DNA of 32,167 nt. Origin: Chiloscyllium plagiosum. Its lineage: Eukaryota. This document shows, piece by piece, positions 11,604-22,329 of this stretch (within the stretch, counting starts at the first letter, position 1; each line of letters opens with the position of its first letter). Position numbers and translations under genes: made by a program. The notes under the pieces are model-generated. The model had not been told where the DNA came from. It did not search any database and saw only the letters and a program-made list of their open reading frames with translations. The stretch is taken from assembly GCF_004010195.1 (NCBI RefSeq), contig NW_025213565.1, positions 1,893 through 34,059 of the forward strand, written 5' to 3'.

Positions 11604-11798
11604 GCATAACGTAGAAACTGACAGTAACACCATTTTTCTTTTGTGTCGAGTCAGTTCAAGTCAATTCTCAAGAGTCTCGTGAGGAAGGAGGATGACCTCA
11701 GAGAACGTCATCTCCATCTCCTCCCAGGAAAGGAGTACGTGGGCTCCCTCCCACGCCTCGTACTGTCAACTGCTCAGATACAGAAACTAATCTGTGAT
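11604..11798 (+). pseudogene. Candidate decayed Ig-superfamily V-like exon, truncated at the duplication junction
   Basis: Acceptor tttcctccag followed by NTIFLLCRVSSSQFSRVS*(W).RK..RERHLHL..GKEY.GS..SDTETNL. Confidence 0.3.
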
Positions 11799-11935
11799 AC
11801 ACAGGTTAACAGTCTAACAAGGAGGACTATGCAGACTGTGCCGATGTCCTGCTCAGGAATATATACTTTATAACCAACATGCAGTGCATTGCTACTTTTC
11901 ACAGGCTGTTAGTGCTATGGTTGTACTACTTGGGA

Positions 11936-12510
11936 TGGAAGAGCATTGGAGGCGTGGCATTAAGGGTGATTTCACGTTTTATATCACAGGTTGGATCGCT
12001 GAAATAAGAGCGAATGTGGTGGTTGTTGACAATGATCATCCTGGAGTTCAGTTGCTAGTGTTGCAAAGCAAGTATCTGATTTGGGGCCACTGCTGATTAT
12101 CATTTTTAGATATGACCTGGATGAGGGCATAGCCGGATAAGTTACTAAATTTGCAGATGCAGCTGCGTTCCGATGAGTTGTATATAGTGTTGAAGGCTGT
12201 TGCGGATTACAGAGGGACATATGTAAGCTGCAGAGCTGGGCTGAGAGATGGCAAATGGATTTTAATGCGGAAAAATGTGAGGTGATTCACTTTGGAAGGA
12301 GCAACAGGAAAAAAGTGTACTGTTCTAATAGTAAAAATCTTGATAGTGGAAATGAACAGAAATATTTGGTAGACCATGTACATAGATTCTAGAAAGTTTC
12401 CAAATAGGATGATAGAGTTTTTCAGAGTGCATACGGTGTGTTAACTTTTATTGGTAGACGGATTGATTTTTGAAGGGCATGTTGCAGCAATACAAAACTC
12501 TGGTGCCCAC
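11936..12510 (+). mobile_element. CR1 RT fragment (copy 2 in the duplication)
   Basis: Near-identical to 10800-11375. Confidence 0.88.
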
Positions 12511-12750
12511 CCCATCATTATCTCCTTCCCTTCCTGTAACGCCAGGAGAAGAAAACTACAATAGAATAGCAAGTCCGATTCTGGGTGATATTTTGCGCGA
12601 AATGTGTTCCCTCATCCTCCTCCCATCGCCATGTGTAGCGGCTCCAGAGTCGAGATTCTGAAACATTCATGACCCACATACCAAGTAACAAGCACTGATC
12701 AGTGAAGGGTAGTTCTCACTTTAAACTTACTATCATTCCGTTTCCTCCAG

Positions 12751-13010
12751 GCATAACGTAGAAACTGAAACTAACACCATTTTTCTTTTGTGTCGAGTCA
12801 GTTCAAGTCAATTCTCAAGGGTCTCGTGAGGAAGGAGGATGACCTCAGAGAACGTCATCTCCATCTCCTCCCAGGAAAGGAGTACGTGGGCTCCCTCCCA
12901 CGCCTCGTACTGTCAACTGCTCAGATACAGAAACTAATCTGTGATCTTTACTGGTTTCCTCACTTGACTGGGTACTTCCAATAATCTATGCTCATATTCT
13001 CTGGGGGCCC
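12751..13010 (+). pseudogene. Candidate decayed V-like exon (longer copy)
   Basis: As 11604-11798 but continuing SDTETNL*SLLVSSL..IIYA, which resembles V framework 3. No convincing RSS follows. Confidence 0.3.
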
Positions 13011-13186
13011 TGTGTTCCTTCCTCCCACGCCCACACCTTGTAAATGTGCAGCATATGTTATATTTCCAGTCAATGTTCATCCTATCAACGTTAACCATCT
13101 CTGCAATACATCTGTGGTCAGCACCAACTTAATCATGTCCTGTTGCATTTGCACGCTGTCTTGCACACATTTCACACTTCTTACAG

Positions 13187-13470
13187 GTTTGGTATCTGAA
13201 AGCATGGAAATGTTACTAGTGTCACAATCAACGCAGAAAAAAAACTGAATTACTGAAGCACTCTTTCTGGCGAGCAAGTGAAATTCTGATGTACTGCACA
13301 TTGAGAGACGTAAATATTGAAATACTTCTCATGGAACCAGTCAAATAATGACGAGCTGTGACCTGAACAACAGAAATACTGAATAACAGCAGGTGAAGGA
13401 AATTGTAACAAACTCATCCACAGAGCAAGAGAAATTCGGACAGACAGTTCCCATCCGTGTTCATGTCAGA
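13187..13470 (+). pseudogene. Candidate decayed V-like exon
   Basis: Phase-1 acceptor cacacttcttacag|GT, then GLVSESMEMLLVSQST..ITE..EILMYCTLRDVNIE.YFSWNQ across frameshifts. Confidence 0.3.
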
Positions 13471-13525
13471 GTATTAATCATTGTGTCTATATTCCTGTAT
13501 TAGTTGTAGTGTCTTGGTTTGAAGT

Positions 13526-14768
13526 CAAGATGGTGACGTTCAGGATGCTCCTTTGTCATCTTCGCTGCTACACCTATTCATTTCTTGCTTTTCCGAACAC
13601 TGAACCGGTCGTGCGCCACAGGCTCAGGAACAGAGTGTGTGCCAAGGGTCCTGAAGCAGTTTGTGGCTTAAGGGCTCGGGAGCAGCGTATGAGCCATGGG
13701 TCCCCAAGCCGTTTGATGGATACAGGGCCTAGAGAAGTGTGCAGACAACGACGTGTGGAGTAGTCTGCAGCCCACGATCACTGGAGAGGCGTTTGGGGCA
13801 AGGGTCCTGAAGCAGTGGTAGGCTACGGGTTCTGGAGAGTACGAAGGGCACGAGCCTCGGTGTAGTGTCTGGGTGACGGGTTGTGTAGTAGTGTGTTGGC
13901 CACGGGCCATGGAGCAGTGTGTGGGCTGCAGGGCATGGAGCAGTTGATGGATAACAAGCACAAGAGCAGTGTGTGGGTCATGAGGCCTGGCGCACTCTGT
14001 TGGCCACAGCAACTGGAGCAGTGTGTAAACCACGAGCTCTGGAGCAGTGTGTGGGCCTGAAGCCCTGGAGCACTGTGTGTGCCACGAGCTGAGGAGCAGT
14101 GTGTGGGCCACGAGTCCCATTGCCTTGTCTCAGTGTAGCAGCGTTTGCTACATGAGCCCCGGAGCAGTGTCTGGGCCACGGGCCACGGAGCAATGTGCGG
14201 TACACGAACCTCAGAACAACTTGCGGACTGTCATGTGGGCCAAGATCATCCCAGCAGCAACTGCCCGGAGCAGCATATGGGCAGTGCGTCCTGAAGGTGA
14301 TAAGGTCTGCTGCTTCCAGAGCAGTTGGTGGACTTCGAAAAACTGGAACAGGTGAAGGCTGTGTGATACACAGCAGATTGGGAAGCAGTCCCGAAGAAGC
14401 GCACAGTTAGAGACTTCCAGGCGGAGAAGAGTGTATGTAAAATATCCTGAACATAAGTTGCAACATTTGTGTTCTAGCTGCAGATTTGGAGTTTAGAGCG
14501 GGAGCGGGGATGTGCTTGGATGTTAGACTGGAGTCTGCTGCAGTCTGCCAGGCCACGTGCAAAGACCCTGCAGTGAGCTGTGGCAACATTTATGTTGATA
14601 TATTTGACTGATTTTTCTTCTCTGTATACAGTTATGCAGCTGCTTTTTCCCCCTTCTGTATTCATGAATTGTACCTAGGTATTTGTATCTCAGAGTTGGC
14701 CATAAGAAGGCAGATATTGTGAAAGCTTTCCACTGTACTTCAAAGTGGAGTACCCGTGAAAATAAAAG
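13526..14768 (+). mobile_element. Probable non-autonomous retroelement with an internal minisatellite
   Basis: Starts CAAGATGGTG and ends AAGCTTTCCACTGTAC..CCCGTGAAAATAAAA, resembling the TTTCACTGTAC..GTGACAATAAA 3' tails of fish LINE/SINE families. Family not identified. Confidence 0.45.
13626..14330. repeat. Diverged 26-bp minisatellite, roughly 25 units, consensus ~TGGAGCAGTGTGTGGGCCACGAGCTC
   Basis: Consecutive units, e.g. tggagcagtgtgtaaaccacgagctc / tggagcagtgtgtgggcctgaagccc / tggagcactgtgtgtgccacgagctg / aggagcagtgtgtgggccacgagtcc. Confidence 0.9.
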
Positions 14769-15602
14769 ATTATTGCGTGTTGTGTGTGAGAGAATGAGTG
14801 GCAGATTAGGCAGTCTCTGTGTTGATTAAGCAAATGCAATGCCACACTCCAGTGACCTCCCCATGCCACTGCACGGAAGGTGGCAGAGGGCAAAAACGTC
14901 CAGCAATTCAATCAGAGAGAATAAGGGGAGCGAAGGTGCTCAACAATTTATCCAAATTGACAGCAATATTGGCACACATACGCACCCATCCACGCGTAAA
15001 CACACACATACGCATACACAGGATGTTGTGAGGAGGATTACAATTGCAATCCGCCGCTCATAGTAGAGCATGCTCATGTGGAATGATGTTCCTTCTTCAT
15101 TTGCAATTTCCCAATAAGTTGTACAAGCAGTATTCCTGACACAGAATGACATATTAAACAGTGCTTCGACCGCATTGGAGAACAGGGCCCATCAGAGCGA
15201 ACAGTTTGAAAGGGTTTGAAATTAATTCTGTTGCAGTTTATCCAACTTCCAATTGTTTTATTGATGTACACTTCACAATTATTTGGGAGAAAGGATTAGC
15301 AAGTTCTGAAATATACCTAATGATTGCATATGGGCCAGTAATGGGGATGTTAATCTTCTGCTAATTTCACAGACACAACATTTCATGGATTCGGAAAAGA
15401 TGTACTTTGTGTCTTCAACGATATTACTTGAATAACCAAACGAGTTTGAAATGTCAGAGTTACATAGTCGTTGATTTCTTCTCAGAATTAACAATAAAAT
15501 CTGCACCTTGGTCAAGGGGTTGGGAGTCCAGTAAGGCAGGAATTGGACAACTTTCAAAACAAAAGGCAGCAAGAGATGGAGAGAGACCGACGAAAGGCAT
15601 TT

Positions 15603-15789
15603 TTTTAGATTATATTACCTACAGTGTGGAAACAGGCCCTTCGGCCCAACAAGTCCACACCGCCCCGCCGAAGCACAACCCACCCTACATATACCCCTTA
15701 CCTACTACGGACAATTTAGCATGGCCAATTCACCTGACCTGCACATCTTTGGACTGTGGGAGGAAACCGGAGCACCCGGAGGAAACCCA
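15603..15789 (-). mobile_element. V-SINE (HE1-like), 3' part, running into the gap
   Basis: Reverse complement contains the V-SINE core GGGTTTCCTCCGGGTGCTCCGGTTTCCTCCCACAGTCCAAAGA and the CR1-derived tail GGGCCGAAGGGCCTGTTTCCACACTGTA. Confidence 0.92.
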
Positions 15790-16430
15790 NNNNNNNNNNN
15801 NNNNNNNNNNNNNNNNNNNNNNNNNNNNNNNNNNNNNNNNNNNNNNNNNNNNNNNNNNNNNNNNNNNNNNNNNNNNNNNNNNNNNNNNNNNNNNNNNNNN
15901 NNNNNNNNNNNNNNNNNNNNNNNNNNNNNNNNNNNNNNNNNNNNNNNNNNNNNNNNNNNNNNNNNNNNNNNNNNNNNNNNNNNNNNNNNNNNNNNNNNNN
16001 NNNNNNNNNNNNNNNNNNNNNNNNNNNNNNNNNNNNNNNNNNNNNNNNNNNNNNNNNNNNNNNNNNNNNNNNNNNNNNNNNNNNNNNNNNNNNNNNNNNN
16101 NNNNNNNNNNNNNNNNNNNNNNNNNNNNNNNNNNNNNNNNNNNNNNNNNNNNNNNNNNNNNNNNNNNNNNNNNNNNNNNNNNNNNNNNNNNNNNNNNNNN
16201 NNNNNNNNNNNNNNNNNNNNNNNNNNNNNNNNNNNNNNNNNNNNNNNNNNNNNNNNNNNNNNNNNNNNNNNNNNNNNNNNNNNNNNNNNNNNNNNNNNNN
16301 NNNNNNNNNNNNNNNNNNNNNNNNNNNNNNNNNNNNNNNNNNNNNNNNNNNNNNNNNNNNNNNNNNNNNNNNNNNNNNNNNNNNNNNNNNNNNNNNNNNN
16401 NNNNNNNNNNNNNNNNNNNNNNNNNNNNNN
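15790..16430. other. Assembly gap (641 N)
   Basis: Run of N. Confidence 1.
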
Positions 16431-16699
16431 GCCCCTCTAAGTATTTATACAGTGATTCAATTAATTCGTACGGGCATCTGAATAAATTACATACCACAGG
16501 GTGATGCCATTTGACCTTACGAGGCTGGTACTCTTGAAGGTGGCATTCTGATTTGCTAATAGGGAACAGAGAGTCGAAATTAACTTTTATCTTCATCTTG
16601 GAAAGCCAGAACTAGTGGAGTTCCTATAAAATCCGTGTGAGGTCAGTGATCATTTGTAAAATACATAAATTACGTGGATATGAAGACTGAATTGATTGG

Positions 16700-17270
16700 A
16701 ACTGAATTAATTTATTTAGCAAAATAGTCAAATAATAGTTTGTCAGTTGAAGGCAGAACTGGGAAGTAGACGGGGTATTTAGTGTAGACTTCCATCAGAA
16801 ACAGTGAGGGAGTGACAATGTAACAGGAAACATGGACAGAGATTGCAGAACTCTGCGACAGAAGAGAATACCTTGTCCTGGCCAATGATTCACGTGATGT
16901 TTTAATTCAGTTGCAGCAAGTGATTTGAAATGTATATGGATAGCTAGTATCGTCTCTGCAAAGTTTACCACCTTTCATCGCAGAAGAAATTTACTGCATC
17001 TGTTCAGAGCCTTGCTGAGACCTCACCTGAAGCACTGTGTGCAGCTTTGATCCCCTGACATGAAAGACAAATGCAATTTGTTTAAACGATTTTCGATGAT
17101 GACTCTCTTTCACTATTGCTAAAATGCACTTTTTATGTTCTGAAAGATTAACCGTTTTGGTCTGAGAATGAGAGATACAGTTATTGCTCCATGTAAGATA
17201 TTGTGAATTGTGTATCCGGAGCATACCTAATGGACATTTTCTGTTGCACTGGAGACTAAAATGAGGGTAT
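16700..17270 (+). mobile_element. Old CR1 fragment
   Basis: LLHLFRALLRPHLKHCVQL*SP at ~16990-17055 matches CR1 LYRALVRPHLEYCVQFWSP. Confidence 0.75.
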
Positions 17271-17414
17271 TAACTTTTTTTAAAAAATAATACATTTGTT
17301 TTAACATATATACTACGAAAGCATGAAATAATGAAAAAATGGGGAATTTTACAGAAAAAAACAAACTAAGAATTCAGGAATTCGTCCGTTAAGAAAAAGG
17401 AACTTTGGTTTCAG

Positions 17415-17755
17415 CAGCAGCAATGATGCTTCTACGCAGAGCAGAGATCAAAAATGGAGTCACTCAGTTTCCACAATGGGCGAGGATCCAAACTGGTGTT
17501 TGTGCAATATTATGGCATTTTCCAAATCGTGGGAGAAAATGTGAACAGCTTGACGTTCACTGCAAGTTCACACAGCAACGACAGAGAGAAGGATTATTCA
17601 GTGCCCCTCTCAATCAACACGGAAGTTCCACAGGGCCGTATAAGTTTATCAGGAATCACTTAACCTTTGTACGTTTTGAGTTTCTGCTGAGGAAATAATG
17701 AGCTGGTCCATAACCCTCATGTTACAGTGCAGTCACCCCATATTGCCCCACAGCA
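17415..17755 (+). pseudogene. Candidate decayed TCR-like V segment with heptamer-like CACAGCA
   Basis: Acceptor ggtttcag; one frame reads NGVTQFPQW..TG..QQRQREGL..EFLLRK**AGP*PSCYSAVTPYC, then CACAGCA at 17749-17755. No recognisable nonamer. Confidence 0.4.
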
Positions 17756-17996
17756 CTATCAATTAAACAACACGTGTCTTTATACACTCTTCATAATATA
17801 GACATGCCAGAGATTCGTCTGATCGAACTCCATTGCCCTCGCTCTGCGGCAAAGATATCATTCCTCACTAAGGAATCAAAATCTGGACACAATATCCCAG
17901 TACTCTCTGAACAAGACTCTGAGTGGTGAGCACAATACTCCTTTTCCACCTTTTCCCATTTCGAATTCTTAATTTGGTCTTAAAAAACGAATTTTA

Positions 17997-18642
17997 TGCC
18001 ACGCACAGCACAGCGGTTAGCAATCTTGCCTCACAACGACAGGGGTCAATTAGAGCATCGGGCGACTGTCTGCGTGGAGTCTACACATTTTTCCCATGTT
18101 TGCGTGTATTTTCTCTGGTTTCGCCGGTTTCCTCCCACAATCAAAAGATGTATTTTTTAGGTGAATTCGCCTTGCTAAATTGTCCATGCTGTTCCGGAAT
18201 GTGTCAGTTGATTAGATTACATACAATGTGGCAACAGCCCCTTCGGCCCAACATGTCCACACCGGAACTCGGAAGAGTAATCCACCCAGACCCATTCCCC
18301 TGACTAATGCAGATAACACTATTGGCAATTTAGCAGGGCTAATTCACCTCACCTACACATACTTGGATTGTCGGAATAAACCGGAGCAAACCCACGGAGA
18401 CACGGGTGGAATGTGCAAACTCCACACAGACTGTTTCCCGAGGCTGGAATAGAATCTGGATCCCTGGTGCTGTGAGGCAGCAGTGCTACCCACTAAGCCA
18501 CCGTGCCACTGAAATGTTGGGTAGGGGCAACTGCAAAGGGAAGTGCATGGGAATGGATCTTCACGGGTTGCACTTTGGTGACTCGGTGTGGACGTTTTGG
18601 GCTAAATGGCCTGCTTCCACACAGTTCGAGTTCTGTGAATGA
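17997..18642 (+). mobile_element. Older V-SINE split by an antisense SINE insertion (pieces ~17997-18209 and ~18509-18642)
   Basis: tRNA-like head ..cagcggttagcaatcttgcctcaca, V domain ccggtttcctcccacaatcaaaagatg, tail cggtgtggacgttttgggctaaatggcctgcttccacac. Confidence 0.82.
18210..18508 (-). mobile_element. V-SINE (HE1-like), full length, nested in another SINE
   Basis: Minus strand GGCACGGTGGCTTAGTGGGTAGCACTGCTGCCTCACAGCACCAGGGA head, V domain, and tail ending ..TAATCTAATC. Confidence 0.9.
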
Positions 18643-18777
18643 CTTGCTCCTTGAACCTTGCAACATTTTCTGATTGCCAGCATCAACGCAAATAACACCA
18701 GAGGTGAGATCTGGAGATAAGGACGTTCATGGGACAGATGCAGAGCGAACAAATAGACGTGAAATATAGAACTGCCA

Positions 18778-19765
18778 CATAGAACATAGAACAATACAGC
18801 ACAGAACAGATCCTTCGGCCCACGATGTTGTGCTAGCTTAAGCACCTATCCATGTACCTATCCAATTGCCGCTTAAAGGTCACCAATGATTCTGACTCTG
18901 CCACTCCCACAGGCAGCGCATTCCATGCCCCCACCACTCTCTGGTAAAGAACCTACCCCTGACATCCCCCTTATACCTTCCATCCTTCACCTTAAATATA
19001 TGTCCCCTTATAAAACTCTGTCGTACCCAGGGAAAAGGTTTCTGACTGTCTACTCTACCTATTCCCCTGATCATCTTATAAACCTCTATCAAGTCACCCC
19101 TCATCCTTCGCCGTTCCAATGAGAAAAGGCCTAGCACTCTGAACCTGTCCTCATACGACCTATTCTCCATTCCAGGCAACATCCTGGTAAATCTCCTCTG
19201 CACCTTCTCCAAAGCTTCCACATCTTTCCTAAAATGAGGCGACCAGAACAGCACACTGTACTCCAAATGTGGCCTTACCAATGTCCTATACAGCAGCAAC
19301 ATCACCTCACGACTCTTGAATTCAATCCCTCTGCTAATGAACGCTAATACACCATCAGCCTTCTTGCAAGCTCTATCCACCTGAGTGGCAACTTTCAAAG
19401 ATCTATGAACATAGACCCCAAATCCCTCTGCTGCTCTAAGAACCCTACCGTTAGCCCTGTATTCCGCATTCTTATTTGTCCTTCCAAAACGGACAACCTC
19501 ACACTTTTAGGTTTGAACTCCATCTGGCACTTCTCATCCCAGCTCTGCATCGTATCGAAGTCCCTTTACAGCCGACAACAGCCCTCCTCACTATCCACAA
19601 CTCCACCAATCTTCGTATCGTCTGCAAGTTTACTGAACCACACTTCGACTCCCTCTTCCAAGTCATTAATAAAAATTACAAATAGCAGAGGACCCAGAAC
19701 TGATCCCTGCGGAATCCACTTGTGACTGTGCTCCAGGCTGAATGTAACTGGGCTCCAGGCTGAAA
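18778..19765 (-). mobile_element. Relatively young 5'-truncated CR1 LINE
   Basis: [35 protein letters not shown] 18880-19398 LYRTLVRPHLEYSVLFWSP..LERRRMRGDLIEVYK; (CATAGAA)2 tail; a ~22-bp duplicated segment at the 5' truncation (19722-19765). Confidence 0.96.
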
Positions 19766-20054
19766 ATCCGAAAGATAATGAGTTGTCGTGTTATTGTTAA
19801 CATATGACAAAGAGATAGCCTGGACAATGTTTTCTCTCCTGGATTAAAAGGCAAGTTTGTTGAATTGTGTTTCAAAAGCAATTCAAGTGGCTAAACAACA
19901 TGGCATTCGGAAAAAAAAACACATTTTATCTCTTACACTCTGTTTAAAATAAAGAAATAATAAAATATATGAATTGGCTTAACTGTTACCACATCAAAGC
20001 ACTCAACAAAATAACATATTGTTTGCCTGATACTAATTAACTATTCTAATGCAG

Positions 20055-20267
20055 GTGCAAATTCAATCCACTGTGACGAAGGCAAATAGATAGCATAATC
20101 TGAAAACAAAAATCCAGCAGGAGGGAGGGAAACACAGTTTTTGCAGTCAGACAGAGAGACGGATATTCCTGTCAAATTCCAGTGTCGAACTGAAAAGCAA
20201 TACATGCAAACGTCAAGTGTGCTTAAGTTCACCCCCCTACTCGTGCGTATTTTGTCTGACCACAGTG
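20055..20267 (+). pseudogene. Candidate decayed, internally deleted V segment with a perfect RSS heptamer
   Basis: Phase-1 acceptor ctattctaatgcag|GT (GANS..); PAGGRETQFL..DIPVKF; YSCVFCL (cf. DSAVYFCA), directly followed by CACAGTG at 20261-20267. No nonamer at 12 or 23 nt. Confidence 0.33.
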
Positions 20268-21344
20268 AGCTGTATTGAAAAGCAGTCAGCTTGTCTCCAA
20301 GATTACAACACTTGCTTTCAAAAGAAACCTAACAGAACAAAATTTTCTTAAAGGCTTATCTCCTAACAAACAGAGGAGTACTAACGATATTTTTGTTCTA
20401 TGTTCATGGCATGTGTGCATCCCTCCGAAGGGCAGAACGTATACCCAACCTGATTTTCCTTTGAAATGAACGCCTTGCTTGTCTACTCCACAAAATAGCA
20501 AAGAAGGAAACACATTGCTGTGGGCCTGCATTTACACAGACAACTGACCAGGGAAGAATAGAACACCGACTTCACTAAATGGAATAAATACAGCAACTGA
20601 GTTATATAAATAAAAAAGATGTTTTCATGTTTTCAATCTAAACTCCTCCAATTTCCTTTCTGGAATATGTATTACCGACACCACATTATAATCCTGAGCT
20701 TCCATGATACTCGACAATGCCCTGACCACCGTGCAAATATTTACCATTGACAGATGCATTTGAAATATAAACAAATTACGTTGTAATGGTTTTATGAGTG
20801 CAAGCATGGCAAGAGAGTATTGGAACAATTAAATTCAGACTTGGTGAAAGCACAGATAATAACCACCATGACTAACCCAAAGTACACGCTTAATCTGCGA
20901 TACTAATTATATATTGTCCTGAGAAAGCAAGTAAATATCCAAGGATGATTCCATGTCCATTCTCTGATCATTCCACTGGATTGTTCTCAGATTCTGATCT
21001 CTGCTCCTCTCTCTGGAGCTGCCGATCCTTGTTAGTGTAGAAAGTGATTCCAAAACCGAAACGAAGGTAGAACACATTGAAAAAAAAAGCCTTTTTTCAT
21101 AGACAAGGGAAACCCTCCAAGACGCATTTAGAATCCATGTAGACTGACATTAACAACGGCCACTAAACAGTTCAGGTACTACCTTTCAATTTAATGCGAT
21201 ATTTTTCTCTTCTAAATGTAATACTAATCTCAGTAAGTTGCACATTCACTTTGGATTAAATATGAGGGACACTGATGGCGGGAATGTTGAAAATACCGGA
21301 GTGATTTTGTATCATTATTCAATCGGCTTTGCAAACGAAATTTC

Positions 21345-22280
21345 GAATTGCCGGTGTTGGACTGGGGTGTTGCAAGTCAAAAATCACAAAAAAAAAGATA
21401 TTTCAATACAAGCTTTCGAAGCGTGGCTCCTTGTTCGGTCAGCTGGTGGGGGAGGACCATAGGACAAAAATATTACACTAAAAGACCATAACTACATACG
21501 TCCAATGCAACTTATTGAGCACATTTATATCGCTGTTATGTCTTTAATCACTTAGAATTTGTTGCACATTTCAAATCATTTTATGTAAATACCAGAACTC
21601 TTTTCAAGTAACATTCCCGAGGTAAAGTAAAGAGTTTTATTTTCGAAAAGGAGACATCTCAGATCAGATGCGTTAAAGATGTAAAGTTAGAGTGTTTCTA
21701 TTCAATCCTTGAATCCGACCATTTCATGTTCCAAAACAGGAATCCATGATATGTCACATAGACTCACTCCCAACAGATTATATAGTTTTCGAACAAACTA
21801 GAATGTGTATGCAAATATAAATCTGCAAATGCAAATTCACCCCAATCGAGATACATTCATGTGTGTCTGTATTGGAGCGAGGCAGTGTGAGAGATTGAGC
21901 GAGTGTGTATCTGTACGTGAGGGGAGAAGGACAGCGTGTGCGAGTGTGTGTTTGTGTGGGATTGTGACTTAGGAAATGCCTGTGAAAGTGTGTTGCCACA
22001 AGTTTGAGTATGGGTGAATGAGTGTGCTGGAGAGAGCGAGCGAACCTCGCTCATACACACGCTCTCTCTCAGATGCACACACTCCCATATCACAGTCACT
22101 CTCACACTCTCTCACAGGTATCTACCCCATCACACACATGCACACACGCACTCACGCACTCTCCTTCTCTCTGCCTTTCTCACACTCTCTCACCATATCT
22201 GTCTTTCTGTCTCTCACACACTGTTTCTCTTCCTGATGTACACACAAGCACAGGGTGAAACTGCATTTTCAGAATAATAT
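21345..22280. mobile_element. Old Penelope-related repeat with a decayed hammerhead and an inverted, microsatellite-rich arm
   Basis: The minus strand at 21411-21440 gives CCGAACA-AGGAGC..GCTTC-GAAAGCT (decayed CUGAUGA..GAAA). Arms 21820-22040 and 22046-22275 are mutually inverted. Family assignment is from recall. Confidence 0.55.
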
Positions 22281-22329
22281 TTAAACTTGCTGGTAGCAAC
22301 TTAGAAAGTTCAGTGGACTTTGTGGCGGT

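Larger units (their letters stand above)
10663..12945 (+). repeat. Direct tandem duplication, two copies (10663-11798 and 11799-12945)
   Basis: Both copies run ACACAGGTTAACAGTC..AATCTGTGAT. They differ by about 14 substitutions (counted by eye), a 12-bp indel (CTGGGTGATATT) and one homopolymer A. Confidence 0.97.

Noticed and set aside
13457..13486. Inverted 12-spacer RSS (TGTTCATGT-12-CATTGTG) suggesting a J or D segment
   Set aside because: The nonamer matches only 6/9 and no FGxG/WGxG J motif follows.
13626..14330. CRISPR-like periodic array
   Set aside because: Units are contiguous, diverged 26-mers with no unique spacers, there are no cas genes, and the context is vertebrate; it is a minisatellite.
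15407..16596. Long ORFs in the track (239-365 aa)
   Set aside because: Artefacts of translating through the N gap.
21778..22277. His/Thr/Ser-rich ORFs
   Set aside because: Translations of CA/CT low-complexity sequence.
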